IMG/VR virus record: IMGVR_UViG_3300034520_000374
Reading direction: 5' to 3' (one strand)
DNA from: an uncultured virus (IMG/VR IMGVR_UViG_3300034520_000374)
Taxonomy: Duplodnaviria; Heunggongvirae; Uroviricota; Caudoviricetes
Length of the DNA: 64,000 nt
In this document: one piece after another, positions 39,099-48,618 of the stretch
How positions within the stretch are numbered: the stretch's first letter is position 1
Layout: every line of letters begins with the position of its first letter
Program-made: the position numbers and the translations under genes
The notes under the pieces: generated by a model
The model's database searches: none
What the model was told of the DNA's origin: nothing
The model's input: only the letters and a program-made list of their open reading frames with translations

Positions 39099-39683
39099 AT
39101 GCGTTTCGAAAAATTAAAAATGCATAGGAAATCAGGGATATCATTAGGGATTTTGGTGCTGACAGTCATCATCTATATGGCCGCAGTGCTGGCCGGTTGC
39201 GGTAATAATACTGAAATCGACCAGCAGGAGGCAATGAAGATAGCCCAGGAAGATGTTAAAGCCATAGTTAAAGGTGTAAATGGTGCAGCAATGTCCGCAT
39301 ATATCGACTATGATGATAAGAAGGTGGCTGGCGAGGCAGCCAAGAGTTTTTATAAGGCAGCCATGGATGGCAAGTATTTAGCAGTATTTTTGGCAGTTGA
39401 CGATGGTAATAAGGCTGATGCTATAGCAGCGAAGGATTGCGTTGAGACAGCCTATGCTAACTACGGTGTACAGCTAAGCCCTAATAAAGACGGTAAAGTA
39501 TATATGGAGTATGCCGATGGAAGGTATGTATATAACGTGGACATTAATCTTGAGAACGTGCAAAGAAAGGCAATAGACAATGCAGATAAGGTGTTCGACG
39601 GAAAGACATTCCAGTCTAACCTTGTAGTTAACAAAGACGGCATAGTAATAGGCGCAGTGCTGCAAGAAGTAAAGACAAATTAA
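39099..39683 (+). CDS. Lipoprotein carrying the pilin-like globular domain
   Basis: Lipobox LAGC; YIDYDDKKVAGEAAKSFY ~ FQDYDQKVVTGTQVKSAY; FQSNLVVNKDGIVIGAVLQE ~ FQANLIKDPGGEIIGIAFQQ. Confidence 0.65.
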   Translation: MRFEKLKMHRKSGISLGILVLTVIIYMAAVLAGCGNNTEIDQQEAMKIAQEDVKAIVKGVNGAAMSAYIDYDDKKVAGEAAKSFYKAAMDGKYLAVFLAVDDGNKADAIAAKDCVETAYANYGVQLSPNKDGKVYMEYADGRYVYNVDINLENVQRKAIDNADKVFDGKTFQSNLVVNKDGIVIGAVLQEVKTN

Positions 39684-39689
39684 ATCAGT

Positions 39690-39719
39690 AAAGGTAGCTT
39701 AAAGCTTCCTTTTTATTTT
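39690..39719 (+). terminator. Probable terminator
   Basis: aaaggtagct / agcttccttt (one mismatch) plus T tract. Confidence 0.5.
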
Positions 39720-39846
39720 ATTAATTCATAGTTGTAGGTTACGTATACGTTATAGCACGTGTATTGTGCATCATAAAGAAGTTATAATGACTTAGCAGCA
39801 GTACACAAGTTTATTAAAATCAATAAAGAAAGGAGGTAGGATAAAA

Positions 39847-40239
39847 ATGGGCATCAGGGAATTTCAGGCCGATGTCAGGAATGGTGAGGGCTTTATACTC
39901 AGCGATGGAACTTTAGATGTTGTTGCACTACTGTGCAAGGCACATAATTTAATGGCTTCTTACAATATTGACTACCGTAAGGGTAAAAGCAAAAGCTTAA
40001 GGAAAGATATTTTGAAGGCACTCGGATTGCCAGCATCGGGAAAGGAAAAGGTGAGTGCATTCGAGGCATATTATTATGGCAGAATACAGCCTAAGGCAAG
40101 TATGGAGGAGCTTGGATACCTTTGGAATGAAGATATATTCAACATGTTCAATATGATTAGTCCTAAAGGTTACTACTTTGGCTCACATCCTGGCGACGGA
40201 GCATGCATAGGCTGGTTCAAGGTTGAGGACGAGTGGTAA
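39847..40239 (+). CDS. Hypothetical phage-like protein
   Basis: aggagg RBS; C-terminal PKGYYFGSHPGDGACIGWF motif. Confidence 0.65.
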   Translation: MGIREFQADVRNGEGFILSDGTLDVVALLCKAHNLMASYNIDYRKGKSKSLRKDILKALGLPASGKEKVSAFEAYYYGRIQPKASMEELGYLWNEDIFNMFNMISPKGYYFGSHPGDGACIGWFKVEDEW

Positions 40240-40256
40240 TAAATAGGATAAAACAG

Positions 40257-40291
40257 AAACTGCCCATGCATGGTACATGCATGGGCAGTTT
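40257..40291 (+). terminator. Hairpin or terminator
   Basis: 16-bp perfect inverted repeat aaactgcccatgcatg / catgcatgggcagttt. Confidence 0.65.
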
Positions 40292-40313
40292 ATTCACATT
40301 AGGGGGTTATAAG

Positions 40314-40667
40314 GTGGTAAAAGGTGTAGTAAGCTACATAAAGGATTTTATTAACAACTTAAGGGAAGTATTAAAAATACCTGTGCACTATCATTATTTT
40401 GAGATGGATGACCTAAAGATAGTATGTAGGTCAAGCGACGAGACTATTAAATCATCAAACATACTTGAGATAGCATCTGAAATAAGTAAGCGCAGAAATT
40501 TAGAGTTAAGGGACGTATTAAGTAAAGTGCATAAAGCCTATAAACAAGGTGAGATAAAGCGCGTGGACGAGTTTTCAGGCAATATAGCATCCGTTGGGGT
40601 GATTATTAACGGCGAGTCCATGAGGTTTCCCAAGGACTCTGAATTTCTATTTATAGAGCTTAAGTGA
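40314..40667 (+). CDS. Hypothetical protein (GTG 40314; ORF track start 40233)
   Basis: aggggg RBS downstream of the hairpin. Confidence 0.55.
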   Translation: MVKGVVSYIKDFINNLREVLKIPVHYHYFEMDDLKIVCRSSDETIKSSNILEIASEISKRRNLELRDVLSKVHKAYKQGEIKRVDEFSGNIASVGVIINGESMRFPKDSEFLFIELK

Positions 40668-40678
40668 GGTGTTAAGAC

Positions 40679-43240
40679 ATGGCAGGAAGGATAGAGGACT
40701 TCGGAGAAAAAATCGGCGGCGCCAAGAAAGACCTCTGGAAAACGCGAGCACTAGGTTTAGCAGACCTAGACATCTTAAGTGTCCGTGAGTATGAGGAACA
40801 TGTCAGGAAGGACAACATTTGGCCTGTGCCGGATTATGCAAGCTACCTCGAAAAAGGCATGCATCCGGTGTGCATTTACTTCATGAAGCTCGTGCGAGAC
40901 AAGCTACCAGCCAAGTTGCCTGTCAAAGGCGACGGTAAAGACCGTGAGCGGGCCGAGTATTATATTCAGTTTTTGAATGATGTGAAGGACTGCTGCGAGA
41001 AGTTGCGAAATCCAGAGGACATCCTGAAATTCCGTGAGAACCTAATTTACAACTATGGGTACAAGGTCAATAACGGCTGGACGGACAAGGCTCACAAGAC
41101 ATATGGTTTCGATAACGGGTTTCTGAAATTCATATACATCGGCCAAAACGGTTTAGCAGAATTAATGTCCGAGTGCTCAATACAAAACTTTCCTTACGAG
41201 TACCGACAAGAATTAAAAGGCATGACCGTAATGAAAAGCATCATGCACGGCGGGAAATATATCGTAGTAAAAGGGAGTAAAATCATTGTTAATAGGTCTT
41301 TTGACTCACCGGAAAAGGCAGTGCAGTTTGTAAGGAATGAGATAATACCAAAACTGGAGAGCGAAAAGACAGGTGGAGTCAATAGGAAAACAGTAAGAAT
41401 TGAGAGACCACAGCTAGCTCATATAAAACGTATAGGGCCTGATTTGAGGAACAACATGGACATAGCCCCAGAGCACCTTTTGGAGATTTTCAAGTTCCGT
41501 GGCGGTGAATTCGGGAACTGGAACAATCAAGCGGACAGGCAGGCATATCTCAACTATGCTTTCGAAGCCTTTGTAGACTTAGCGTTCGTCCTGAGGGCTC
41601 CTTTAGACTTCCTATCACTTGGCGGCTACCAAGGCAAGAGGCTAGCAATAGCTTTTGGTGCTCGTGGTAGCGGCTACGCATCAGCACATTACGAGCCTGA
41701 TAAGGTTGTAATAAATCTTACGAAATTACGCGGTGCAGGTAGTCTTGCACACGAATGGGCACATGCTTTCGATGACTTCCTTGGTGTAAAATGCGGTGTA
41801 ACAGGAGTAAAGCCTTATCTATCCGGTAATTATTTGAAGGCTAAGCAGTATCCCGAGGTTGTAGAAGCTATGAAGAATGTAATGGACACAATAAAGAAGG
41901 CTCCACTGACCTTTGATGAGCAGGTAGAAAGGTATAAAGCAAGGATAGACGAACTAAAGAATAGATATCTTAAAAGTTGGGTTGACGCATTAGTAAGGGA
42001 ATTCAAGAGCGTATCAAGCTATCGGCCTAATCCGTCGGAAGAAAATATAGTAAACATGGAGAGGTTAAAGGAGCATGTAATAAGCTCAGCAGACAAAAAC
42101 AGTTTAGACGAGATGATTAAGCTGTACAAGAAGATTAGAGGGGTACTGCCGAGTAAAGATATTCGCGATAACGCTTACAGTTTGGTTGATTCCGTTAAAG
42201 CTGCACAGTTCAATCTTGAGGAACTATTGAGGGAAGGTAAGATAGACAGCAGGTGGATGAAGGATAGCAATTATTATGCAAGTGCGCGAAAGCTGGATAG
42301 CGGTAGAACAAGTCCATACTATACAGAACCATGGGAACTATTTGCAAGAGCGTTTGAGGCTTTCGTGGAGGACGAGTTAAGGAGCTACGGTATAACAAGT
42401 CAGTACTTAGTACATTCAACAAACAATGGTTTATACGGTGAGTATAAACCATATCCAGAAGGCGAGGAAAGGCATAGAATAAATGAGCAGATACGTAAGA
42501 TGGTGAAATTAGCTGTACAGTTGTTTAAGAGTGATGAACAGAAAGTTAATTTCAGCATATATGAAAATTTTAAGGCTAATGCTGGTAAATCAGTCATGGG
42601 AAATAGCGATGAATCAACAACTGAAAAAATTAAGGGGCATTCCGATGTACCGAAGGTGGAAAATCGTGATAACGTAGCTGTGGATAACGGCATTAAAAAA
42701 GTTGAAAAAGGGATTGAAAGGGGTAAAAAGGCAATATCTGGTAAAGAAGTGGTAAGGGATGGGATCTCGAATATAGCTAACGATATTTTACCTGGCATTT
42801 TAGTAACAAGTTTAGAAAACACATACTCTTTTATAAAGGATGCTGTTCAGACCAAATTGAAATATGGCGTAGTGATTGAGGGCAAGGTACCTATAGAAGT
42901 AGCTAGGGGCAAGACCAAGTGCTGGACCTCAAGCAATGGTGTAGTAACCATAGATTCTGGGAAAAATACAGTGAGGAAGCTAGAGGCTCTATTAGAAGTG
43001 ATTGCACTCGTGAAGGCTTTAGGTAAAACCACAAAGAAACCTGAAGTAGGCATGATAGCAAAAGGTATAGAATTTATAATGAGATACAAATTAGGTTTAC
43101 CTGTAGGAAACTATATAAAAGCCAAAGAATTCGAGGGCTTATCACGCAAGGAGAAAGATATGACAGCTTACCTTGGGTTGTGCAGAACGCTATGCAATGA
43201 GATTGTAACGCAGACTGGTCTCAAGGAACTTTTTAGGTAA
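40679..43240 (+). CDS. Large polyvalent protein with LPD1/zincin-like domain
   Basis: RIEDFGEKIGGAKKD N-terminus; FRGGEFGNW; LAIAFGARG...AHYEP...INLTKLRGAGSLAHEWAHAFD; ELFARAFEAFV; PYPEGEER. Confidence 0.75.
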   Translation: MAGRIEDFGEKIGGAKKDLWKTRALGLADLDILSVREYEEHVRKDNIWPVPDYASYLEKGMHPVCIYFMKLVRDKLPAKLPVKGDGKDRERAEYYIQFLNDVKDCCEKLRNPEDILKFRENLIYNYGYKVNNGWTDKAHKTYGFDNGFLKFIYIGQNGLAELMSECSIQNFPYEYRQELKGMTVMKSIMHGGKYIVVKGSKIIVNRSFDSPEKAVQFVRNEIIPKLESEKTGGVNRKTVRIERPQLAHIKRIGPDLRNNMDIAPEHLLEIFKFRGGEFGNWNNQADRQAYLNYAFEAFVDLAFVLRAPLDFLSLGGYQGKRLAIAFGARGSGYASAHYEPDKVVINLTKLRGAGSLAHEWAHAFDDFLGVKCGVTGVKPYLSGNYLKAKQYPEVVEAMKNVMDTIKKAPLTFDEQVERYKARIDELKNRYLKSWVDALVREFKSVSSYRPNPSEENIVNMERLKEHVISSADKNSLDEMIKLYKKIRGVLPSKDIRDNAYSLVDSVKAAQFNLEELLREGKIDSRWMKDSNYYASARKLDSGRTSPYYTEPWELFARAFEAFVEDELRSYGITSQYLVHSTNNGLYGEYKPYPEGEERHRINEQIRKMVKLAVQLFKSDEQKVNFSIYENFKANAGKSVMGNSDESTTEKIKGHSDVPKVENRDNVAVDNGIKKVEKGIERGKKAISGKEVVRDGISNIANDILPGILVTSLENTYSFIKDAVQTKLKYGVVIEGKVPIEVARGKTKCWTSSNGVVTIDSGKNTVRKLEALLEVIALVKALGKTTKKPEVGMIAKGIEFIMRYKLGLPVGNYIKAKEFEGLSRKEKDMTAYLGLCRTLCNEIVTQTGLKELFR

Positions 43241-43251
43241 ATCACATCAGT

Positions 43252-43284
43252 AACAAGGTGGAGACACTTTCTCCACCTTGTTTT
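43252..43284 (+). terminator. Intrinsic terminator
   Basis: aacaaggtggaga / tctccaccttgtt plus T tract. Confidence 0.75.
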
Positions 43285-43367
43285 ATACTATGGGCTGTTT
43301 ATCGACAGTATTCGTATGCGTGCAGGTAGTATTTATAGAAAATTTAATATGTAGAAGGGTGGTACTC

Positions 43368-43793
43368 GTGAAAAGACTTATACGACAATACCTAATCCAG
43401 GTGTTCAGCGATGGGGAATGTATAATGCGCAGGCTGCCATTACCGAAGGAACTGACCGAGTCAGAAGTGCATGAGATGTCCGAGACAGAGTTGAAGATGG
43501 GCAGCCTAATACTTGGGGCGAAGTCAGAGGCAGGCGGAGCTTTACCAATAGCTTCAGACATCACGGTAAACTTGAACGGCATAGCATACGATGTGCATAC
43601 TCATAGTCGAATTAGAGGACGTGTAGATAAACTGAGCAAAGCCTATAAAATACACAACATAAGGCCTGGGGATAAGCTGATAGCACATTATGATGCAGAA
43701 CGAAAGACTTTATATTTGAAAACGTATGGAATAGATGATGATACCAGAGACGAAAACTTCGACGACAGCGAATACAGCGATAAAACAGAATAA
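43368..43793 (+). CDS. Hypothetical protein (GTG 43368; ORF track start 43278)
   Basis: ORF after terminator with G-rich RBS. Confidence 0.55.
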   Translation: MKRLIRQYLIQVFSDGECIMRRLPLPKELTESEVHEMSETELKMGSLILGAKSEAGGALPIASDITVNLNGIAYDVHTHSRIRGRVDKLSKAYKIHNIRPGDKLIAHYDAERKTLYLKTYGIDDDTRDENFDDSEYSDKTE

Positions 43794-43826
43794 GGAGAGG
43801 CGCAATCTCTCCTTATTCTGTTTTAT
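43780..43826 (+). terminator. Terminator overlapping the stop codon
   Basis: 20-bp perfect inverted repeat ataaaacagaataaggagag / ctctccttattctgttttat. Confidence 0.7.
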
Positions 43827-44032
43827 GCTGTGCTTTCAATGGGCAAAGCAGTTGGTTTCATTTTCGGCTTCATAATTAAAAGCTGTGATATCGGGTGAAA
43901 TGATTTTAGATGCCTGGGAAAAAGATTATCTGTGTAAAAATATTGGGTGGTAGTGTTCCATAGTCATAAAAAGTAATGGAATGTGAAAGTTAAGGGAAAA
44001 TAGGGCGAAATAAAGGTTTGGAGGTAGGTAAT

Positions 44033-46315
44033 ATGTTTAGTAAGGTGCGAAAGAGGGATGGCAGGGTCGTGGATTTTGATAAAAATAGGATAGCCGGCGC
44101 TATTTTGAAAGCTGCCCGTGCCGTTGGGTGGTTTGACACAGAAGAGGCTCAGCGTTTGGCATCAAAGGTAATAAATCAGCTTGCAGAGACTTTCAAAGGT
44201 GATATTCCATCGGTAGAAGATATACAAGACGTTGTAGAAAAGGTTTTAATGTCGGAGGGGTATCAGGAGACCGCTAAAGCGTATATACTTTACCGCGCTG
44301 ACAGGGCACGGGTAAGGGAAATGAACTCATATTTAATGAAGATTTACGAGGAAATAACATTTAGTCATGCCAAGCAGTCGGACCTAAAGAGGGAAAATGC
44401 TAACATTGACGCAGATACGCCTATGGGCACTATGTTGAAGTATGGGGCCGAAGGAGCCAAGAGGTTCAATCATTTATTTTTGCTGCCTAAAGCGATTTCT
44501 GATGCCCACTTGAACGGGGATATACACATTCATGACCTTGATTTTTACGGGATAGGCACCACAACATGTACCCAAATAGACCTTGATAAGCTTTTCGAAA
44601 AATGGTTCAATACAGGGCATGGATTCATCAGGCAGCCTAATGATATTTTGAGCTACAGTGCATTAGCCTGCATAGCGCTGCAATCAAACCAGAATGACCA
44701 GCATGGTGGGCAAAGCATTCCAATGCTCGATTTTTACCTCGCCAAAGGTGTTGCAAAGACATTTATAAAAGAGGTTGTCAGGATTTTAGACGTTAGATTT
44801 GATTTCGAACACTTGGAGAAGATTTACAAAGAACTCAAGGAGTATGTGAAGGAACATAAGTTAATAATGAATAAAGCAGGAAAGGATTTTATCAGAAACG
44901 TTGTGAATAAATATATGCCTTTGGGGTATGAAGACTTTAACAAGTTAATGGAGAAGGCAACACAGTATACAAACAGGCAGACATATCAAGCTATGGAGGC
45001 ACTGATACACAACTTGAACACCATGCATAGTCGTGCCGGAGCTCAGGTACCTTTTAGCTCGGTTAACTATGGCACGGATACTTCTGAAGAGGGACGTATG
45101 GTAATTAAGAATATACTTTTAGCAACTGAAGCAGGGCTTGGAAATGGAGAGACACCTATATTCCCAATTCAAATCTTCAAGGTGAAAGAGGGAGTCAATT
45201 TTAATCCCGGTGACCCAAACTATGATTTATTTAAGATTGCATGCAGGGTTTCAGCAAAGAGGCTTTATCCTAACTTCAGCTTCATAGATGCACCTTTCAA
45301 TCTCAAATATTACAAGCCTGGATGTCCAGAAACGGAAGTAACATACATGGGATGCAGGACACGCGTTCTTGGTAATGTATATGACCCAACAAGAGAAATA
45401 GTTACAGGTAGGGGGAACCTATCGTTCACATCAATCAATTTGCCCAGACTAGCCATATTAGCTGGTCGCTGGAACATAGATAAATTTTTTGAACTTTTGG
45501 ATGACAGGCTAGCATTAGTAATTAGGCAGCTAGACGCAAGGTTCAGGATTCAAGCATCCAAGAAGGTAAGGAATTTTATTTTCTTAATGGGACAAGGAGT
45601 TTGGATGGACAGCGATAAACTTGGTCCAGACGACGAATTGGGAGATATACTAAAGCATGGCACTCTGACAATAGGTTTTATAGGATTAGCTGAGGCCCTT
45701 ATAGGTTTGATAGGCAAGCACCATGGAGAAAGTGCGGAAGCACAGGAGTTAGGCTTGAAAATCGTAAAATATATGAGGGACTACGTTGACAAGGTGAGCC
45801 AAGAGAGGAAAATGAATTACACACTATTAGCTACGCCAGCAGAGAGTTTAGCCGGTCGCTTTGTAAAACTTGACAGGGAACGCTTTGGAATTATTCCAGG
45901 CATAACAGATAAGGAGTACTACACTAACAGTTTCCATGTACCAGTGAACTTCAAGATTTCGGCATTCAAGAAGCTCGAGATAGAGGCTCCATATCACGCA
46001 TTGACCAATGCGGGCCATATATCTTACATTGAACTGGATGGAGACCCATCACAAAATCTTGAGGCTTTTGAAAAGATAGTAAGATACATGAAAGAAGTCG
46101 GCATTGGATATGGCGCAATCAATCATCCTGTAGACAGAGACCCAGTATGCGGGTATGTAGGTATTATTAATGATGTATGCCCGAAGTGCGGCAGGAAGGC
46201 TGACGACAAGATAGAGAGGATAAGGCGTATTACAGGTTACCTTGTAGGCACGCTTGAGCGCTTTAACAATGCCAAGCTTGCCGAAGTAAGAGATAGGGTA
46301 GCACATACAATATAA
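44033..46315 (+). CDS. nrdD: Anaerobic (class III) ribonucleoside-triphosphate reductase with ATP cone (ORF track start 44018)
   Basis: VRKRDGRVVDFDKNRI ATP cone; HIHDLD; YMGCRT; SINLPRLA; RITGYL glycyl-radical motif. Confidence 0.95.
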   Translation: MFSKVRKRDGRVVDFDKNRIAGAILKAARAVGWFDTEEAQRLASKVINQLAETFKGDIPSVEDIQDVVEKVLMSEGYQETAKAYILYRADRARVREMNSYLMKIYEEITFSHAKQSDLKRENANIDADTPMGTMLKYGAEGAKRFNHLFLLPKAISDAHLNGDIHIHDLDFYGIGTTTCTQIDLDKLFEKWFNTGHGFIRQPNDILSYSALACIALQSNQNDQHGGQSIPMLDFYLAKGVAKTFIKEVVRILDVRFDFEHLEKIYKELKEYVKEHKLIMNKAGKDFIRNVVNKYMPLGYEDFNKLMEKATQYTNRQTYQAMEALIHNLNTMHSRAGAQVPFSSVNYGTDTSEEGRMVIKNILLATEAGLGNGETPIFPIQIFKVKEGVNFNPGDPNYDLFKIACRVSAKRLYPNFSFIDAPFNLKYYKPGCPETEVTYMGCRTRVLGNVYDPTREIVTGRGNLSFTSINLPRLAILAGRWNIDKFFELLDDRLALVIRQLDARFRIQASKKVRNFIFLMGQGVWMDSDKLGPDDELGDILKHGTLTIGFIGLAEALIGLIGKHHGESAEAQELGLKIVKYMRDYVDKVSQERKMNYTLLATPAESLAGRFVKLDRERFGIIPGITDKEYYTNSFHVPVNFKISAFKKLEIEAPYHALTNAGHISYIELDGDPSQNLEAFEKIVRYMKEVGIGYGAINHPVDRDPVCGYVGIINDVCPKCGRKADDKIERIRRITGYLVGTLERFNNAKLAEVRDRVAHTI

Positions 46316-46334
46316 AGGAGGAGTTGGTGTAGAG

Positions 46335-46655
46335 ATGCTTAGAACAGTAAATGGTGGGACAGTTAGAGAATTAGTGTACAATGGAGAGGCATATTTGGTC
46401 GAGTTATTGGGACCAGGCTACAGCACGCATCCAACGAAGATAGTATCAGTTTACAAGAAAGCGGGCTCAGGGAAGGTAGAGTTGAGCTACTGGAAGCATT
46501 ACGGACAGCCATGCATCAGAGTGTACTTTTACAAGAGAACTTCTGATTTAAGCGCTTATACAAGCAGGGGGTACAACCTGAACAACATACCAAAGAGATA
46601 CGATGACCTGTTGAACATTGCAGCTAGTGTGTACGCAGACGTGTTCGGAGAGTAG
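46335..46655 (+). CDS. Hypothetical protein between nrdD and nrdG
   Basis: ggag RBS; tight packing. Confidence 0.6.
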   Translation: MLRTVNGGTVRELVYNGEAYLVELLGPGYSTHPTKIVSVYKKAGSGKVELSYWKHYGQPCIRVYFYKRTSDLSAYTSRGYNLNNIPKRYDDLLNIAASVYADVFGE

Positions 46656-46663
46656 GTGAAGCA

Positions 46664-47203
46664 GTGAATATTAGAATAGCTGGTATAGTGAGGGAGTCTA
46701 TAGTAGACGGTCCAGGCATAAGATACGTGATTTTTACTCAGGGATGTCCTCATAGATGTAAGGGGTGTCATAATCCACAGACGCATGATTTTAGTGGTGG
46801 AGTGGTAGTAGATGTTAATGACATTACAAAAGAAATATTGTACAACATAAAATATATAGATGGCATAACAATTTCTGGCGGTGAGCCTTTAGCACAGCCT
46901 GAAGCATGCATAGAAATTATAAAAGCCGCCAAAAAGCTCGGATTGCACGTAGTAATGTACACAGGATATACCTGGGAGCAACTTTTATATAGCGGTGATA
47001 GTAAGCGGTTGGAGGCAGTTAAATTGGTGGACGCATTAGTTGACGGACCTTTCATAGAGGAGCTTAAGAGCTACAACTTAAAATTTAGAGGCTCTTCTAA
47101 CCAAAGATTTATAGACGTTAAAGCTTCTTTGGCAGCAGGGAGAGTAATTGAGGTTGATTTTGAGCAAGCATTTGGTTTTGAGCTTAGAATAGCGGTAATT
47201 TAA
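46664..47203 (+). CDS. nrdG: Anaerobic RNR activating enzyme (radical SAM)
   Basis: ESIVDGPGIR...QGCPHRCKGCHNP...SGGEP...FRGSSNQR. Confidence 0.95.
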   Translation: MNIRIAGIVRESIVDGPGIRYVIFTQGCPHRCKGCHNPQTHDFSGGVVVDVNDITKEILYNIKYIDGITISGGEPLAQPEACIEIIKAAKKLGLHVVMYTGYTWEQLLYSGDSKRLEAVKLVDALVDGPFIEELKSYNLKFRGSSNQRFIDVKASLAAGRVIEVDFEQAFGFELRIAVI

Positions 47204-47227
47204 TTTGAACACGTATGAATATAGGAT

Positions 47228-47260
47228 AAAAGCCATGCGCCTGCATGGCTTTTTCTTTTT
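47228..47260 (+). terminator. Intrinsic terminator
   Basis: aaaagccatgc / gcatggctttt plus T tract. Confidence 0.8.
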
Positions 47261-47370
47261 ATAATGATGTAATTTGCTTTCAGAATTGCCGGAGAGGGAG
47301 AATAAAAACAGGTTAAGGGAAGGCAGGTGAATTAGTTACGCTTGCGTGTAGAGGAATTAATGCTAAGAGG

Positions 47371-48051
47371 GTGCTTGATGCACTTGGGGTGTGGATGGAC
47401 ATTGATAGGATTCTGCGTGGGTTGATTTACGATAAAGGGAATGACTTAAATGTGTGGTTGCATCATAGTTATAATATACAGTTTGTAATGTGCAATATGT
47501 TAGTGCTGTTGAGGGATAAAGGATACATGGAGCTTGACGATGACGACATTTTAGATGTGGTGGTTGCATCAGCATTGCACGATGTTGGTAAGTTAGCTAT
47601 ACCTGTATGGATTCTAAATAAACCTGGAATATTAAATGAGGTGGAAAAAGGGATTGTTAATCTACATGTGAAATTCGGAGTTGACATAATAGATGTATTA
47701 TTTGCCAGTTTTGATATGTATAATATATACAGGTTAAGCAAAGAGCTGGCTGAGTTCCATCATGAAAATTGGGACGGTAGTGGATATTTAAGAAGTTTAA
47801 GAGGTAATATGATTCCGTTGATGGCAAGAATATGTGCTGTGGCTGACACATACGTAGCTTTGGTAGAGAACAGACCATATAAAGACCCGATTGGACATGA
47901 TGAGGCCATAGAGATTATAAAGAGTAATTCCGGAAGAAAATTTGACCCTGATATAGTTGACTTGTTGGTGGCAAATAACGAATGCATAAATATAGAACCA
48001 TATATAGGATTAAGTTTTCTAGAGGTGCTGATGCGGTACATAGGGGGGTGA
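47371..48051 (+). CDS. Stand-alone HD-GYP domain phosphodiesterase (alternative start ATG 47395)
   Basis: LHDVGKL, ILNKPG, HHENWDGSGYL, ARICAVAD, RPYK, FDPDIV. Confidence 0.85.
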   Translation: MLDALGVWMDIDRILRGLIYDKGNDLNVWLHHSYNIQFVMCNMLVLLRDKGYMELDDDDILDVVVASALHDVGKLAIPVWILNKPGILNEVEKGIVNLHVKFGVDIIDVLFASFDMYNIYRLSKELAEFHHENWDGSGYLRSLRGNMIPLMARICAVADTYVALVENRPYKDPIGHDEAIEIIKSNSGRKFDPDIVDLLVANNECINIEPYIGLSFLEVLMRYIGG

Positions 48052-48056
48052 ACCTA

Positions 48057-48557
48057 ATGTTGGATAAGCAGCAGGTATATGAGAGGGCTAAATACCTGGC
48101 ATACGAATTTAATAGGACAGGGGATGATGGATACATCATTGACGCCATAGTTTATGCAGGGGTTTACTATGGCAAAGGCGGAAGGAAGTACATTGATATA
48201 CCTCCTTTAATGGCAATGCCCATGAGTATCGTAATTATACTTGTAAAGGCAAAGGGCAAGTTTGGGAATAACATAACGAAGAATTTGAATGTACTCGGAA
48301 ATATATTAGGCAGCCAAACGAATGGTGCTGTAAGACTTAAGGTAGATAATTTGAGCAGCAAAAGCGTGCGGCTGAGTATAGGAAGAGTAGATAATAACGA
48401 TGTTAGAACTTTGGTAGTATCCAGGAGATTAAGGGATGATGACTTGATTAATATAGGTTTAGCCATATTAGATATGTACGGTAACTGCGGTTTAGAGCTG
48501 CAACATAAGAGGGAGAGGTTTATAGACACTTTAAGAAGATTAATAGCCTATGTTTGA
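48057..48557 (+). CDS. Hypothetical protein (ORF track start 47982)
   Basis: G-rich RBS before ATG 48057. Confidence 0.55.
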   Translation: MLDKQQVYERAKYLAYEFNRTGDDGYIIDAIVYAGVYYGKGGRKYIDIPPLMAMPMSIVIILVKAKGKFGNNITKNLNVLGNILGSQTNGAVRLKVDNLSSKSVRLSIGRVDNNDVRTLVVSRRLRDDDLINIGLAILDMYGNCGLELQHKRERFIDTLRRLIAYV

Positions 48558-48618
48558 GCAGGTAGATATTTAGAATATAGAAATAAAAATTGAGTTTTTG
48601 GAGGCTTGGAGTTGGTGA

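Noticed and set aside
43830..44030. NrdR box or riboswitch upstream of nrdD
   Set aside because: No convincing match to the NrdR palindrome or to a known aptamer by eye
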